From positions 372,001-436,000 of the forward strand of contig JBDOQK010000019.1 of assembly GCA_040437565.1 (NCBI GenBank): 64,000 nt of DNA. Direction: 5' to 3'. The position numbers were made by a program, and so were the translations under genes. How positions within the stretch are numbered: the first letter of the stretch is position 1; every line of letters starts with the position of its first letter. Origin of the DNA: Albugo candida. Lineage: Eukaryota. Of the stretch, positions 47,501 through 60,489 are shown one piece after another. The notes below the pieces were generated by a model. The model ran no database searches, was not told the origin of the DNA, and saw nothing but the letters and a program-made list of their open reading frames with translations.

Positions 47501-49600
47501 AAAGAGGTCGCAATGGCTCTCACGCTCAATAGTTTGTATTCCAAGACGGTATTGAGCCATTTGCATCGAAACGTGTTTGTACTCCGAGATCCTGATTTCA
47601 TTATCAAAAATCTTGGCATGTGGTCCCATCACGAAAAGATTGTTTGTATCGATCAAAGTAAAGCGTTTGTGGGAGGTTTGGATCTTTGTTTTGGTCGATG
47701 GGATACAAAGGAACACGATCTTTTTGATCAAGATGTCGCTAAAACTGATTTCTTGGGCAAGGATTACTCCAATCCTCGAATCAAAGACTTTGTGGACGTC
47801 CAGTATCCGGAAGAAGATTTGATGGATCGAACAACATTGCCACGGATGCCCTGGCACGATTGTCATTGTCGTCTTATTGGCCAACCTGCACGGGATGTCG
47901 CTCGTCATTTCATTCAGCGATGGAATTACTCCATTGCAACTCGAAGGAAATCGGCTAAATTGTATCAATTAGTCCCAATGAAGGAATTTGAGGCCTATGC
48001 AAAGAAGCCCAGCAAACGATTCAAAAGCCAGCGTCTCCAAAAAGCTATCCGAGCCGTTCGTGCGCTAAATCAACTGAAAAAGGCACAAGCCTTACAGCCC
48101 GCTGCAATATCCGAATCTGGAAAAGATGGTAAGCATTCGATGGCGGATCTTGTAGCGGCAGGTCAGCCAGCCAACAGATCTGCATATCGTGGATTTGAGA
48201 GAGCCCATAAAGACAAGAGCGGGAGCCCTCACGCCTTATCACCTCAACATCGTTTGAACGAGAGCTTCAAGTCTGTGGAATCGGAAGGATCCAGCGATCA
48301 AGATGAAAGCATGAAAAAAGGCTTTGCTTGCTCGTGTCAGATTGTCCGAAGTTTATCGTTTTGGTCAGGCGGCTGTCCCACAGAACGAAGTATCCAAAAC
48401 GCTTATATCCGTCTCATTTCATCCGCAAGTCATTTCATTTATATTGAGAATCAATTTTTTATCTCGGGATTGGAAGGAGATCATTTGTGTTCGAATCGAA
48501 TCGCAAACGCTTTGGTGGAGCGTATTCGACGTGCAGCCGCAAATCAAGAGACATTCCGAGTGATTGTGTTGATTCCTTTGCTTCCAGCGTTCCCCGGGCA
48601 GCCAAATGATAAGGATGCAAGCAGTCTTCGAGGTGTGTTACATTGGCAATATCGCACGATATCTCGTGGGAAGCAGTCGATCTATCACACATTGTACCAG
48701 GAATTGGATGATCCTTTTGAATATATCGCATTTTACGGCTTACGGACGTTCCAAATGAAGGATGAAATGCCGCATACTGAAGAAGTGTACATCCACAGTA
48801 AAATGATAATTGTCGATGATCGAAGTTGTATCATCGGATCGGCCAATATCAATGAGCGGAGTTTACGAGGAGATCGCGATTCTGAGATTGCTGTGGTGAT
48901 AGACGATACAGATTTTGATGAATCGATTCGAATAGCTAATGGAGCGAGTTGTGTTGGGAAGTTTTGTCATTCGTTTCGGATGCGTTTGTTTGAGGAGCAT
49001 TTCGGGCTCGAGAAAGGTTCTGATCAGTACAAAGCGTACTTGGATCCGGTCAACGAAGACGCGTGGTTTGCGATGCAGGAGCAAGCGATGAAGAATTCCC
49101 ACATATACGAGTCGATTTTCATGTGTATGCCTACAGACAAAGTCGTCAATTTCAGTCAGATGCAAGCATTGGCAAATACAGCTTCTGGGGCGACTTTGAA
49201 GGCGAATGAGAGGCAAGAGGATCCGAGCAGTAGCAGTCGTCAAGGCTCACCCATTGCTGAGAATGAAGCGATATCGCCAGATTTTAGCTCCAAAACGGAT
49301 CAAATGTGGAAAGAAAATGACAATATTGGAGACCGTGTCTTCAACGTTCATCCTTCAGACACACTCGATCCCGTAGTAAAGGCTCGAGTCACCGCACAAA
49401 CCAAACGTCAAAGCACAAATACACAATCTATCCATTCTGGAGAAGCGGGAGTCGTAACGCCACAGTCCACTCGAAAAGCTGATCGCTCACACCGAGAAGA
49501 GTTGGAACATGTACAAGGCAACGTCGTTTATTTGCCGCTCAAATTCCTCGCGGATGAGATTTTAGAGCCGAAATTGTATCCTGCAGAATTGTTCCAATAA
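44545..49600 (+). CDS. PLD: Phospholipase D, PX-PH type
   Basis: PX/PH-like N-terminus; WYVDG, EIFIQGWW; HKD motifs WSHHEKIVCID and YIHSKMIIVDD; IGSANINERSLRGDRDSE. Segment 44951-46318 is repeated at 46419-47786 by assembly overlap. Confidence 0.95.
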
Positions 49601-49603
49601 CTA

Positions 49604-52000
49604 TCAACGCTCCAAAAGTGTCAGATTGTTAATATCTCTATCTGGGAATTCCACTCTTCTGGACAGAATCTCTTTCACTTGAGCGGATGATAAAAGCCAT
49701 TTGGTCCCACGACGAACAGAGCCGACTATATCCACAACATCGCTTATTGTGTCGACATTGAGAATACAAGAAATCTGAATCAGCTTGCAAAATGGATCAT
49801 CGCTGTTGTGCCACTCAGAGAAGAAGCTGTTGAGAAGACGAAGATCTTTATCGAATTGTAGCGCTCCCAGCTGATTGAATCGAGTGTTATTTGTGTCAAA
49901 CCATTCCTCAATCCATCTGGCGACACATTGACCGATAAAACATATCAAATGACTTTGATTTGCTGGAGAAAAATTCGCTTGGAAAGACGCAATCAGTTGA
50001 CGCACTGAGCGCACAAATTGCTGAGCAAATGGATCGTTGGCCTCATTGAATGTGAACATCTCATCTGTCAATTCGTATGAGACTGATTTCTTGGACGCTG
50101 ATGAAATCAAAGGACTCAAAAAGCCTCGAAGCTTTGGCTTCAACTCTTGGACCCAATTCTTCTGTGCAGATTTCAACAATTGCTCAAACTCACGTCTTGA
50201 GTCCTCAAAGCTTTGTAAACATGTCATTATATGGTCCGGAGAATCTCCGAAATACTGTGGAAGCGATATTTCCAGTTGGTTTGCAATTTGATTCAAATAC
50301 TCAATCGCTTGTTCCAAGCTGTTCATAACGACTTCTGGTCGTTGCTCTTTCCGAATGAGCTCTACGGGAGGAGTATTTGTGCCTGCTCGACCCAGCATCA
50401 TTGCAGCATTCGTGGAGACGCCAAAAGTTGCGGTTGTTGTTTTACTCAATTGAGCTAGCTTCTGATGCATTTGGTGTTGTACTTGATCTCGTAGCTGAGT
50501 CGAGGCTTCTGCCAAATGTCCAATATATCGTCCTTCTTGCTCCGATGAAAGCTGAATCGATGCATTACGGATTCTCTGACGCATTGTATTGCCAAATGTA
50601 TCGCGTAAAACAGTGTTTATGATATTAAGCGCTCCAGCGGCGCAATCAACGTGTCCGGTGGCCAAAGAGCGCACAGCCGAATTTTTAGCGACGTAAAAAA
50701 TCTCATCAACTGCCGAAGAGATTGGAAATGTGAAGGTATTGGCACTTGATATCACTGCCGGTGTATTCGCTGCGTTACTTGTGTGCACGGTTTCTTCCCA
50801 TGAAAAAGCTTGTGATGCGGCTTGACTCAGAAGCTGATCTTCAAAATAACAATAAAAACCTGCGAGCTCCTGCACCGTCCGTCTTAATTCACTCTGTTGA
50901 GTTGGTATCTCACCTGATTTGTATCGTTGGTCAGCATCTCCTTTATTGGACTCCGACGGTTTGAGTCTGAGGTTTATAAAGCGCTCAAATGTTTGAGTAT
51001 ACTGCAACAGCAATGCCAATTCATCCAATTGTTCGTTCCATACCGCGAATTCGGTCTCCACATTTTCGTGCTTTGCTTCCTTCTTGAGAATCTCCGTATC
51101 TTTACGCTTACTCGTTGTACGTTGCAATGTGTTGGACATTCGTGCATGAAAATCACGCTGTTGGATGTATCGCTGCAATATACGCGCAGCCACCTTCTCC
51201 GCCATATCATACACGCTCTTTGTGAAGCGCTCCAGCCCGTCGATTTCATAAAACATGTTCACAAGCATCTTTTCTGACTGTTGAATCGCTTCGGCGATGC
51301 AGTTGAAAATTGCTGTGAGCTGTTGTATGAGCTCTTTATTGCTGTATCGGCCTTGAACGAAAGGGCTCCATACCGCTTCGATGCTTTTTTTCTCATCTGT
51401 GGCCCATTCTTCATACAGGCGGATCTGATACTCTTTCCCAAACACTTTGAGAATCGGAGAAATTGACTGAAGATTTGTATACTCTTTTCTGGCGATCTGA
51501 AGAGTAAATAGACTGTGTATGTTGCGTTTCCATTCGTCTTCGAGGAGAGTCAGACGCATTCGATCGGAGACGTCCGCATTGATTTCTTTAGTGTCTTTCA
51601 AAATCGATAGATTATGTGCTGCTTGCTCGAAATTTTTCTGTTGCATTGCCGCCTCAAAATCTGTGAATGCATTACGAAATTCGATTATTTGAGAGGCGTT
51701 GGACAAACAGAATTGAACGCGAGATTTGACTTTGTCGATTTCGCGAACTTTTTCTGTCATTTTCTCTCCCAATTCGTTTGCTTTGACAATACGTTCGACC
51801 ACCGCAGATCGAGTGAGAGCACACAATCGCATCGTATTTGGAGCCATTTCAATCAGTTTTGCGATCGAATTTTGTACAGATACTTTTTCTGGCGCTTGAG
51901 GATTCTTTATGTATTGCAGAAACGCTGTTTGCTGTTGTTGTTGAGCCGTACGAACGGCAGCAAGTTGCGCTAAAAGCGCTTCATGGCGCTGGTCCGGCAT
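49604..52000 (-). CDS. COG4: Conserved oligomeric Golgi complex subunit 4, intronless
   Basis: VREIDKVKSRV, SSAVDEIFYV, YELTDEMF..NEANDPFAQ, FNQLGALQFDKDLR, LLSSAQVKEILSRRVEF. Confidence 0.9.
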   Translation of the reverse strand: MPDQRHEALLAQLAAVRTAQQQQQTAFLQYIKNPQAPEKVSVQNSIAKLIEMAPNTMRLCALTRSAVVERIVKANELGEKMTEKVREIDKVKSRVQFCLSNASQIIEFRNAFTDFEAAMQQKNFEQAAHNLSILKDTKEINADVSDRMRLTLLEDEWKRNIHSLFTLQIARKEYTNLQSISPILKVFGKEYQIRLYEEWATDEKKSIEAVWSPFVQGRYSNKELIQQLTAIFNCIAEAIQQSEKMLVNMFYEIDGLERFTKSVYDMAEKVAARILQRYIQQRDFHARMSNTLQRTTSKRKDTEILKKEAKHENVETEFAVWNEQLDELALLLQYTQTFERFINLRLKPSESNKGDADQRYKSGEIPTQQSELRRTVQELAGFYCYFEDQLLSQAASQAFSWEETVHTSNAANTPAVISSANTFTFPISSAVDEIFYVAKNSAVRSLATGHVDCAAGALNIINTVLRDTFGNTMRQRIRNASIQLSSEQEGRYIGHLAEASTQLRDQVQHQMHQKLAQLSKTTTATFGVSTNAAMMLGRAGTNTPPVELIRKEQRPEVVMNSLEQAIEYLNQIANQLEISLPQYFGDSPDHIMTCLQSFEDSRREFEQLLKSAQKNWVQELKPKLRGFLSPLISSASKKSVSYELTDEMFTFNEANDPFAQQFVRSVRQLIASFQANFSPANQSHLICFIGQCVARWIEEWFDTNNTRFNQLGALQFDKDLRLLNSFFSEWHNSDDPFCKLIQISCILNVDTISDVVDIVGSVRRGTKWLLSSAQVKEILSRRVEFPDRDINNLTLLER

Positions 52001-52085
52001 TCAGTTGATTTCAAAGATTGGCTAAATTGCTGCATATTTTGACCAATTAAAAAAGTCTTATTCGTTGTAGCGAAGGTCAATAAAG
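52001..52085. promoter_or_regulatory. 85-bp bidirectional promoter between COG4 and TTI1 with two opposed CCAAT boxes
   Basis: GATTGGCT at 52016-52023 (AGCCAATC on -) and GACCAAT at 52041-52047 between divergent ATGs. Confidence 0.5.
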
Positions 52086-55000
52086 ATGGAATGCGTGGAG
52101 CTGTGCGAGCGCATCTCTGCTGCATTTTTAAGCGACAAAGTGGAGTGGAATACTGCTTTATATGATTCATTGAAGCATTCTTTAATACATCTCCAACGTA
52201 CAGTCTCTGAGATATCACAAACGCTTCGAAACGAAGAAATTGCGTCTATTGCAAATGATTCTACCGTTTATGCTCAGCGTTTACGGACAAAGGAGACAAA
52301 GAAACAGTATCCTGCTCTCCTTGAAATGCTTCTATTCATTTTGCAAAAGCTCTTACTCTGTCTGAGCTCACAAATGGAAGCGAATGACAGCGATTGTGAT
52401 CGCAATATCGGTTTGCGTAGCAGCTTCACATCTCGACAAAACGCCATTCTAGAAATTGCTTTCGACATTCTCAAGGTTACGCTGAATGCTCTTTACGACA
52501 TACTCGAACGTGATTTGGAAATCTCGGTTCAGCGCCTTCCAAAGAAGCATTTTTCTGCTCTCCAACAGAAATCCCTCTCAATCATTCAGAGGTGAGCCGT
52601 ACACAATGTCCGAAACCAATCAATTCTTACTATTGGTACTGTCATAGCTGCGCATTATTTCTCCCGAAAATCACTTCCACTTCATATACAAACACTATGG
52701 AGGCGCTTAAACGCCAGCCGGAAGAGCTCCGTGTGGTTGTACTGGAATCTCTGCTCGGAGCTGTTCGCCTTTTGCATCGTGCAGCTTTAGAGGTCGAAAC
52801 CTCTGAGACCTCAACCTCTTCCTCTGCTGCATTAATGGCTTATTTGGTGTCGACGTTATTGACTCTTGCTCAGGCCGATCCGTGTGCTGATGCAAAGGCT
52901 TATGCACTCTGTGCTTTAAAGGAAATGATTGCTGTTTTTCAGTGTCTGATGCTACCGCCACTCCANNNNNNNNNNNNNNNNNNNNNNNNNNNNNNNNNNN
53001 NNNNNNNNNNNNNNNNNNNNNNNNNNNNNNNNNNNNNNNNNNNNNNNNNNNNNNNNNNNNNNNNNACCTCTGAGACCTCAACCTCTTCCTCTGCTGCATT
53101 AATGGCTTATTTGGTGTCGACGTTATTGACTCTTGCTCAGGCCGATCCGTGTGCTGATGCAAAGGCTTATGCACTCTGTGCTTTAAAGGAAATGATTGCT
53201 GTTTTTCAGTGTCTGATGCTACCGCCACTCCAAACATCTGCGTGTTCAATGTATCGGACTCTGACGCTTTTGCATCAGATTTTTCCGGGGATCGCTCTCG
53301 GACTATGGAAAACAATCGATGCTTGCAAGCGCCCAGCACGGGTCGTCAGCCTTGCAATCGAATGCTTTGCTGATGCTGTACGGGCTGTTTTATCCGATTC
53401 AAGCTTGATAAAATACAACATGAAGCAACAAGAGCACGCTTTAGACCACGTTGAAGGGATTCTGGAGGCAATGAGCCTTAAAATGACAAAAAAATTGCAG
53501 GCTGTAGACGAAACTGGGGTGCAAAATGAAGCGGAAAAATGGATGGAGGAGGCATTACCGAATGTTGATATCGTGATCACGCGTATTTTTTCTGCTGTGG
53601 CGAACGAAGCATCGTGGAAAATGCGAATTGCTACCGCCAAACTCTGTGGAATTCTATTATCACATTGTCCCATGGCTCTCGGCATCAAATTCATCAAAGT
53701 TTTGGAGGAATTATTACTCCTTCAAACTGATCAGACCAAAGCTGTAGCTCATGAGGCTCAAGATATCCTGCAAAGTGTGTTTCAGTCTGTTGAATGGGAA
53801 CATTATGCGATGGAGATACTTCCAGAAATTGGGCATCGCATAACAATGCACATTGAGACAATAGCTCTTCAATCGGGTACCGAGTTGGAGTGGCAACCAG
53901 TTCGAAAGATGGAGACTCTCCTCGGCTACATCAAGATTCTTGGAAGTCAACTGCAGCCGATTCTAGATGACAAAATGCCAATAATTTTAGCCTTTTTCGC
54001 GCAAGCCTTCCGATTGGAAAGTTTTGAAATCGATGTGCTCACTCATAAAACTCTCTATCGACAAAATGGATCTCCCGATGTGCTCGTCATTTCACAATAT
54101 CGCAAGCGTCTTGTCCATTTTCATGACGAAAAATCAATTCAGATAATTGGATCCTTACTGAGAGCTATTGCGAGGACAAGTAATCCGATTTGTTTCATCG
54201 ATTTCGCTATGGAGGCTTTACAATCGGAAAAAGGGTCCAATACTTCGATTCTCTTCATTGTGAATGAGTTTCTTTCGGCGTATACGTCTTCAGATAGAAA
54301 CAATCACAAGATCGACTTGGTTTTGGTGAGAAGAATCACAGACGATTTTCTGAGCTCTGAAGCATGGAACCAAAAGAGTGAAAGCATAGTTGACGAAGAA
54401 GCTATGGAAGCTTCGCTGATGGTCGAATGCCTGGGAACTTGTGTCGAAATTCTCAAATACAACTTTAGAGATCTTCTCTTACAACTTCTGTACCCGCTCG
54501 TGGAAAAGCTTGGAGCCGTTGACGTGCGGATTAAGCAAGAAGCTCTAACGACATTGCAAAAGATCACATTCTATTGTGAGTATCCATCGTTGGAGCATTT
54601 GTTTGAAGAAAACATGGATTACTTTGTGGACGCTCTTTGCATGCGACTTCGGCTTTTGGAGCTCTACCCAAACGCATCCTCGGTGATTAAAAGCATCGTT
54701 CAGTACACAAATATCACATCCAAAGCACTTGTCGATGAGTTAGCAAATTCTCTCTTGCAAAGTATTGATTTGTATCAAGACACACGTCACGTGTCGACGC
54801 TTTTGCAAGCACTCCACCTTCTTCTGATCAACCTTGTAAAGCACGAAAATTGTCAAGCCAAAATTGAGAAAACACAGAGCTCAGAATACAGTGATACAAA
54901 ATCCAGTCTTGACGAGTTCCTTGATCAGTTCCAATCGCTCCAACATGCGGAAAAAAGCGACTTCAAATCGAGAGTATCAGAGGACACAAACACTTTGGAT

Positions 55001-56707
55001 GAGATCAATCCTGATATTCGTGGCTGCATGCCGATTGAGTATGACGAAGCACAAGNNNNNNNNNNNNNNNNNNNNNNNNNNNNNNNNNNNNNNNNNNNNN
55101 NNNNNNNNNNNNNNNNNNNNNNNNNNNNNNNNNNNNNNNNNNNNNNNNNNNNNNNAGCATGGAACCAAAAGAGTGAAAGCATAGTTGACGAAGAAGCTAT
55201 GGAAGCTTCGCTGATGGTCGAATGCCTGGGAACTTGTGTCGAAATTCTCAAATACAACTTTAGAGATCTTCTCTTACAACTTCTGTACCCGCTCGTGGAA
55301 AAGCTTGGAGCCGTTGACGTGCGGATTAAGCAAGAAGCTCTAACGACATTGCAAAAGATCACATTCTATTGTGAGTATCCATCGTTGGAGCATTTGTTTG
55401 AAGAAAACATGGATTACTTTGTGGACGCTCTTTGCATGCGACTTCGGCTTTTGGAGCTCTACCCAAACGCATCCTCGGTGATTAAAAGCATCGTTCAGTA
55501 CACAAATATCACATCCAAAGCACTTGTCGATGAGTTAGCAAATTCTCTCTTGCAAAGTATTGATTTGTATCAAGACACACGTCACGTGTCGACGCTTTTG
55601 CAAGCACTCCACCTTCTTCTGATCAACCTTGTAAAGCACGAAAATTGTCAAGCCAAAATTGAGAAAACACAGAGCTCAGAATACAGTGATACAAAATCCA
55701 GTCTTGACGAGTTCCTTGATCAGTTCCAATCGCTCCAACATGCGGAAAAAAGCGACTTCAAATCGAGAGTATCAGAGGACACAAACACTTTGGATGAGAT
55801 CAATCCTGATATTCGTGGCTGCATGCCGATTGAGTATGACGAAGCACAAGTAACAGATATTCACAGTGATGGTACTGGAAGCAAAGTGGAGCATGAACAT
55901 CTAATTGTACAAATGGTGGAAAGATGTGGTTACTTTTTACTGCTTCCGGATCCGATTTCATGCTGCTTGGTTCTCCACATCCTCGAAAACGGAATCCAAT
56001 ATCTTGCGGGCTCGAAATCGAAATTATTCCAGCTGATTTACCGTCTCTGGCCGTCTCTGTTGGATCGAATTGGAGTCACAAATCAACCGATTCTGGTCGC
56101 ATCCATCCGAGTGCTTTCTGTTATAATCAATCTTTCCAGAGACTTTGTGGGTGACAAATTCGTACATCAGGTGTGGCCTCAGTTCAAACGGATATTGAGC
56201 ACGAATCAGCCGAATCAGCCTAAAGCATCTGGAATCACACGTTCTATGCTAATGCTGTCTCCCAGAAATTGCAATGTATCAGAAATCCCAAAGTCATCCC
56301 AAGTCGAAATCTCGCGTAAATCACAAGATTTCAAAGTCTTAATGGCGGTGTTGGAATGTCTCACTCAGATTTGCAAAAGTGCCGCCACTGTCACGTTCAT
56401 CGTTCCTGAAATTGCACAAATTTGTACGCCATTTCTAAGCAGCAGAAATCACGTTGACATTCAGCAGCAAACTTGTGAGCTCTTTGAGCAGCTTATTCTC
56501 CGCAATAGCGACGTCATATTTGTCCATCTCTGCGTACTGACAAAATGGAAGCCCCCAGCGCCGAATTGGAATGCGACTTGTTCATTTCCAAAGTACGACG
56601 TTACAGCGCTGATGCAGTATTATGGAAAGCGTACGTCAGCATTCATTCAAAATGATATCGAGTCCTATATCCCCAATGCGAGAAAACTACTCCAAACTTT
56701 GCTGTGA
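52086..56707 (+). CDS. TTI1: TELO2-interacting protein 1 (TTT complex) homologue, HEAT repeats
   Basis: PEELRV, FPGI, LLYPLVEKLG...EALTTLQKI...YPSLEHLFEENMDYFVD, LIYRLWP, DFVGDKF..QVWP; intron after 52571; two overlap duplicates (52799-52965 = 53066-53232; 54361-55055 = 55156-55850). Confidence 0.85.
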
Positions 56708-56783
56708 AATGAGCGATATCGCATGCAGGTCGTACATCGCCTTTCCGATTACTACGAACCACCAATTTTTATTACTTTTAGGA

Positions 56784-58100
56784 ATGCTAATGCAAACTTT
56801 CTATTCGATCCGAATGCCTCTGTCTATTTGCATTACTGCTTTTGCTTTGGGCAAATTTGTTAAGCGGTACATACGAATCAAAGAAGAAAATGTTAAGGTA
56901 CGATTCTGTGCGATCAACGTATCATTTCAAGCGATTTTATGCTCAGAGTCTGAAAAGAGAAGCGAAACTGCTGAGACAGCTCGTGGAGGATGAGCGAAAT
57001 GGACGCATTCGAGCAGAAAAAGTGTCTTTACAATGTTTCAAATGACCCACAGAGTTGCATTAGATTTTGATCTGTAGCAAGTTTCAAAGCTCACGCAAAC
57101 ACATTTGAATCGGCGAAATGGTTTCTCTGCACAAGCAATAGGAAGCTTACATTCGTGCTTTCGACATTGCATCGGTCTTGTCGCTATTCATTTTCTTCGT
57201 ACGGTGCAAATTTGCGAGCTTTTCTTTTAGGCACACCGCGTCAAGGCTCTTTAGCGGCATTGACAAGAGGTAAAATCAAATTTTTCCGTTCCGTTTCGCC
57301 TGAGATTCTGGACGGTCTGGATGGCTTTTCGCATGTTTGGATTTTGTTCATTTTCCATGAAAACACCATTTCGAAACATACAAAAGTGCAAAGTGAACGC
57401 TATACCTTCCCAGTACGCTTCCCATCTTCTCGCAATATTCCCAGCCTGCCCATGATTTGTAGGCCAAAGTGACTCCACCTCGAGCGGGAAAACGAGTTGG
57501 TATCTTTGCTACACGATCACCACATCGACCGAATCCAATTGGAATTACGTTGGCTACAATCGATCGAGTTGTGAAGAAAGATCGAACAATTTATCTCTCG
57601 GGAATCGATCTGATCGATACAACTCCAATTCTGGATATCAAGCCATACATTCCCGGTGCGTCGTTCCCTTCCCAAAGCCGAAAGCTCACGAAAGCTATAT
57701 TTTCCAGCCTACGATAGTATCCCGAAAGCAGTCACGCCTTTGTGGTTAGCAGTGTCTGAAAGCGACACACTCCGCACGTAAGATCTCACTCGCGTAGAGA
57801 ATGATGAACCAATGCTTCTATTGAAGCGATATCCGATGGCGTCATAATGATATTCATACAAAAGCAAAGACTTTGGCAGCAAAAACCACATTCTATCGCG
57901 AGGATCCCAATACATTCATTCAGGCGATCGCACAAGTTTTGAATGCTGACGTCCGTAGCAAACACAAGACGAAGAAATTGCTTGCGAATGAAGACAATAT
58001 CTTGCATTTTGATACGTGCGCAATCGAATTTCAAGTGAATCCTCTGGATGAGATTCCCATTGAAATAACATCAATTGCATTGTGCAAGAATACACGTTGA
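56784..58100 (+). CDS. TRMO: tRNA (adenine37-N6)-methyltransferase TrmO/YaeB family, multi-exon
   Basis: ER.GRIRAE, IGSLHSCF...GTPRQG, LDGFSHVWILFIFHEN, GIFATRSPHRPNPIGIT, GIDLIDTTPILDIKPY. Confidence 0.92.
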
Positions 58101-58215
58101 AAATTGATATAAAGTAATCGTTTCGTAACGTGTGAATGATGGCACTTTACATTTATGGCGGCCAATCATTTTGTACTTTGCCTCAGCACACGAAAGCTGC
58201 GACATATTCGATAGT

Positions 58216-58999
58216 ATGGGCGTCATTGACGAGGATCAGCAGGAAGAAGGACCACAGAGATGCATTGGATTATATGTTGACGCACTAGCAAGTAGACCTT
58301 TGATCTTACTACCTAAAGTCCCGTCGTGAATTGATAATATCGTCGACGTAGGATGCAGCAAATTTGTGGGGAGATGCAAAAATCATCGATTGTGATAATA
58401 TATCGAGACGAGTTAAAATTCACTTTACAGGTTTTTCAAAGCGATATGATATTTGGACGCATACAGACCGACTTGCAGCCAACGGGACCCACTCCAGTGC
58501 GTTTGTATCTATGTATGACTGTCACCTTGTCATCTTTGTAGTCCCTAGATATGGACGTAAGAAGCGTGTCTGGGACGGAGAAGCAGATTTGTTCACAGAG
58601 TCAAAACCAAATGTGAAAAATAGACTTTCAAAAACGCGTAAAAGAAGCCAATGTCACGAGCCCCAGCTACTCAAGTCTTTGGTCCAGTTACATCCGAAAC
58701 CACTTCCAGCAGATCAAGGCATCCACAGCTGTGCGGTAAGCGAGACAACGAACAGAGTGAAGAAAGCATCCACAGAGGCTACGGGTCATTCGCAGCAATT
58801 GTCACCCACTCCAGATCAAGCATATTTTGATAACGTAAGTAATACCATTTCTCTGGAGACTCGACAAAAAAATCTCGAGATTTTGAAGCAAAAGAATGAG
58901 CTTTTGAATTTGGCTTTGGTCTCGTGGAAAGAGCAGCTGAGTGAAGAAATGACATTGAAAGTTTCCGGTAGGAAACATCGAGATCCTTGCATAGAATAA
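58216..58999 (+). CDS. Tudor-knot/MBT-like (chromo-barrel) domain protein
   Basis: IGLYVDAL|DAANLWGDAKIIDCD...VKIHFTGFSKRYDIW....RLAANGTHS. Confidence 0.75.
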
Positions 59000-59319
59000 A
59001 AATCGTGATTTCACAACGCCGCTATTGCCGTCGACTTCTTCCGTTGCTGAAATCTCAAAAGGCTAAAGACCTCTTTTTCTTCTCCATATCTCAAATACTA
59101 ATACAACATTGATGATGGCATACGTGAGACTTGAGAAGGGTCTTATCAATACCTCGCATTCTATCTTTTATTTTCCAAAACCCTTTCCTACCATGATTAA
59201 ACGTACCAATTATTTATCGGTCATGTTTCTCCATTTTGTCATTTGTATCGTTTGGAAGACCTTCCAATCAATAGACGAACTTAATCTCTTACTATTTTCT
59301 TAAGTTCGTTTAGACGCGC

Positions 59320-60489
59320 ATGGGAATCAAAGGATTGATGAAACTCCTTCAGGAGGAAGCTCCTTCTTGCATACGAGAGGTTCAAATGTCACATCTAGCA
59401 GGAAGATCAATTGCAATCGATGCAAGTATGGCTCTCTACCAATTTCTCATCGCCATACGCTCCAACGACGGAGCGGGCCCAGCGCAGGTCTTGACAAACG
59501 AACAAGGCGAAGATACTTCTCATTTGCAAGGAATGTTCTCGCGAACGATTCGTCTTATGGAAAATGGCATCAAACCCGTTTACGTATTTGACGGAAAACC
59601 GCCCGTTATGAAAAGCAAAGAGTTGGAAAAGCGGAAAGATCGACGAAATGCTGCCAACAAAAGTTTGGAAGAAGCCAACGAAGCGGGAAATTTGGTTGAA
59701 ATCGATCGATTTTCAAAGCGGTTGGTTCAGGCGACGTCACAGCATAGTCAAGATTGCAAGGAGCTGCTGCGTCTGATGGGAGTGCCAGTTCTAACAGCTC
59801 CTTGTGAGGCCGAAGCAACGTGTGCGATGCTGGCGAAACATCACAAAGTTTATGCGAGTGGAACGGAAGATATGGATGTACTGACGTTTGGAACCCCAGT
59901 TTTGTATCGTCGTATGACTGTCGCAGCAAATAAAAAGGTTCCCATACTCGAAATCAAGTTGGAACAGGCGTTGAAAGCACTCGATTTATCTGAGGAGCAA
60001 TTTGTCGATCTCTGTATCCTCTGCGGTTGTGACTATTGCGATTCCATTCGGGGAATAGGACCCAAGAAAGCGTTTAATGGCATCAAAGAGCATAAAACAA
60101 TTGAAAATTTTCTTCAACATTTACAACAAAGTAATAACAAAGGCGTTGTGATTCCCGATGAGTGGCTTGGTGACGATCCGATTTACAAACGAGCACGGGA
60201 GATGTTTTTAAATGCTGAAGTGATTGATGTGAATGACGTCGATCTCAAGTGGAAGGAACCTTTAGCCGAAGAATTGAATCGTTTTCTAGTCGACAAACAT
60301 GGATTTCGTGCGGATCGAGTCACCACAGGAATTGAGAAACTCAAAAAGTCGAGAAGTACGCAATCGCAAAAGCGGCTGGATTCTTTCTTCAAAGCAGTGC
60401 CTGGCGCTGCTACCTCAACGAAGAAACGGGAAGCGGTCAACTCGAAACATTCAGCTTCGAAAAAGTCGCGTTCGTCTCGGCCAAAATAA
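59320..60489 (+). CDS. FEN1: Flap endonuclease 1, intronless
   Basis: MGIKGL, AIDASMALYQFLIAIR, TSHLQGMFSRT, APCEAEATCA, LCGCDY, GIGPK, PIP box QKRLDSFF. Confidence 0.98.
   Translation: MGIKGLMKLLQEEAPSCIREVQMSHLAGRSIAIDASMALYQFLIAIRSNDGAGPAQVLTNEQGEDTSHLQGMFSRTIRLMENGIKPVYVFDGKPPVMKSKELEKRKDRRNAANKSLEEANEAGNLVEIDRFSKRLVQATSQHSQDCKELLRLMGVPVLTAPCEAEATCAMLAKHHKVYASGTEDMDVLTFGTPVLYRRMTVAANKKVPILEIKLEQALKALDLSEEQFVDLCILCGCDYCDSIRGIGPKKAFNGIKEHKTIENFLQHLQQSNNKGVVIPDEWLGDDPIYKRAREMFLNAEVIDVNDVDLKWKEPLAEELNRFLVDKHGFRADRVTTGIEKLKKSRSTQSQKRLDSFFKAVPGAATSTKKREAVNSKHSASKKSRSSRPK

Noticed and set aside
46419-47786. Apparent internal duplication giving PLD three HKD motifs
   Set aside because: Identical copy of 44951-46318, introns included, across a 100-N gap; assembly artefact
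52799-55850. Apparent internal repeats in TTI1 (1371-aa ORF)
   Set aside because: Both repeats are exact copies flanking 100-N gaps; the ORF length is inflated by overlaps and Ns
36980-60489. DNA-repair gene cluster (POLK, TTI1, FEN1)
   Set aside because: Spread over >20 kb among unrelated genes; consistent with chance in a compact genome
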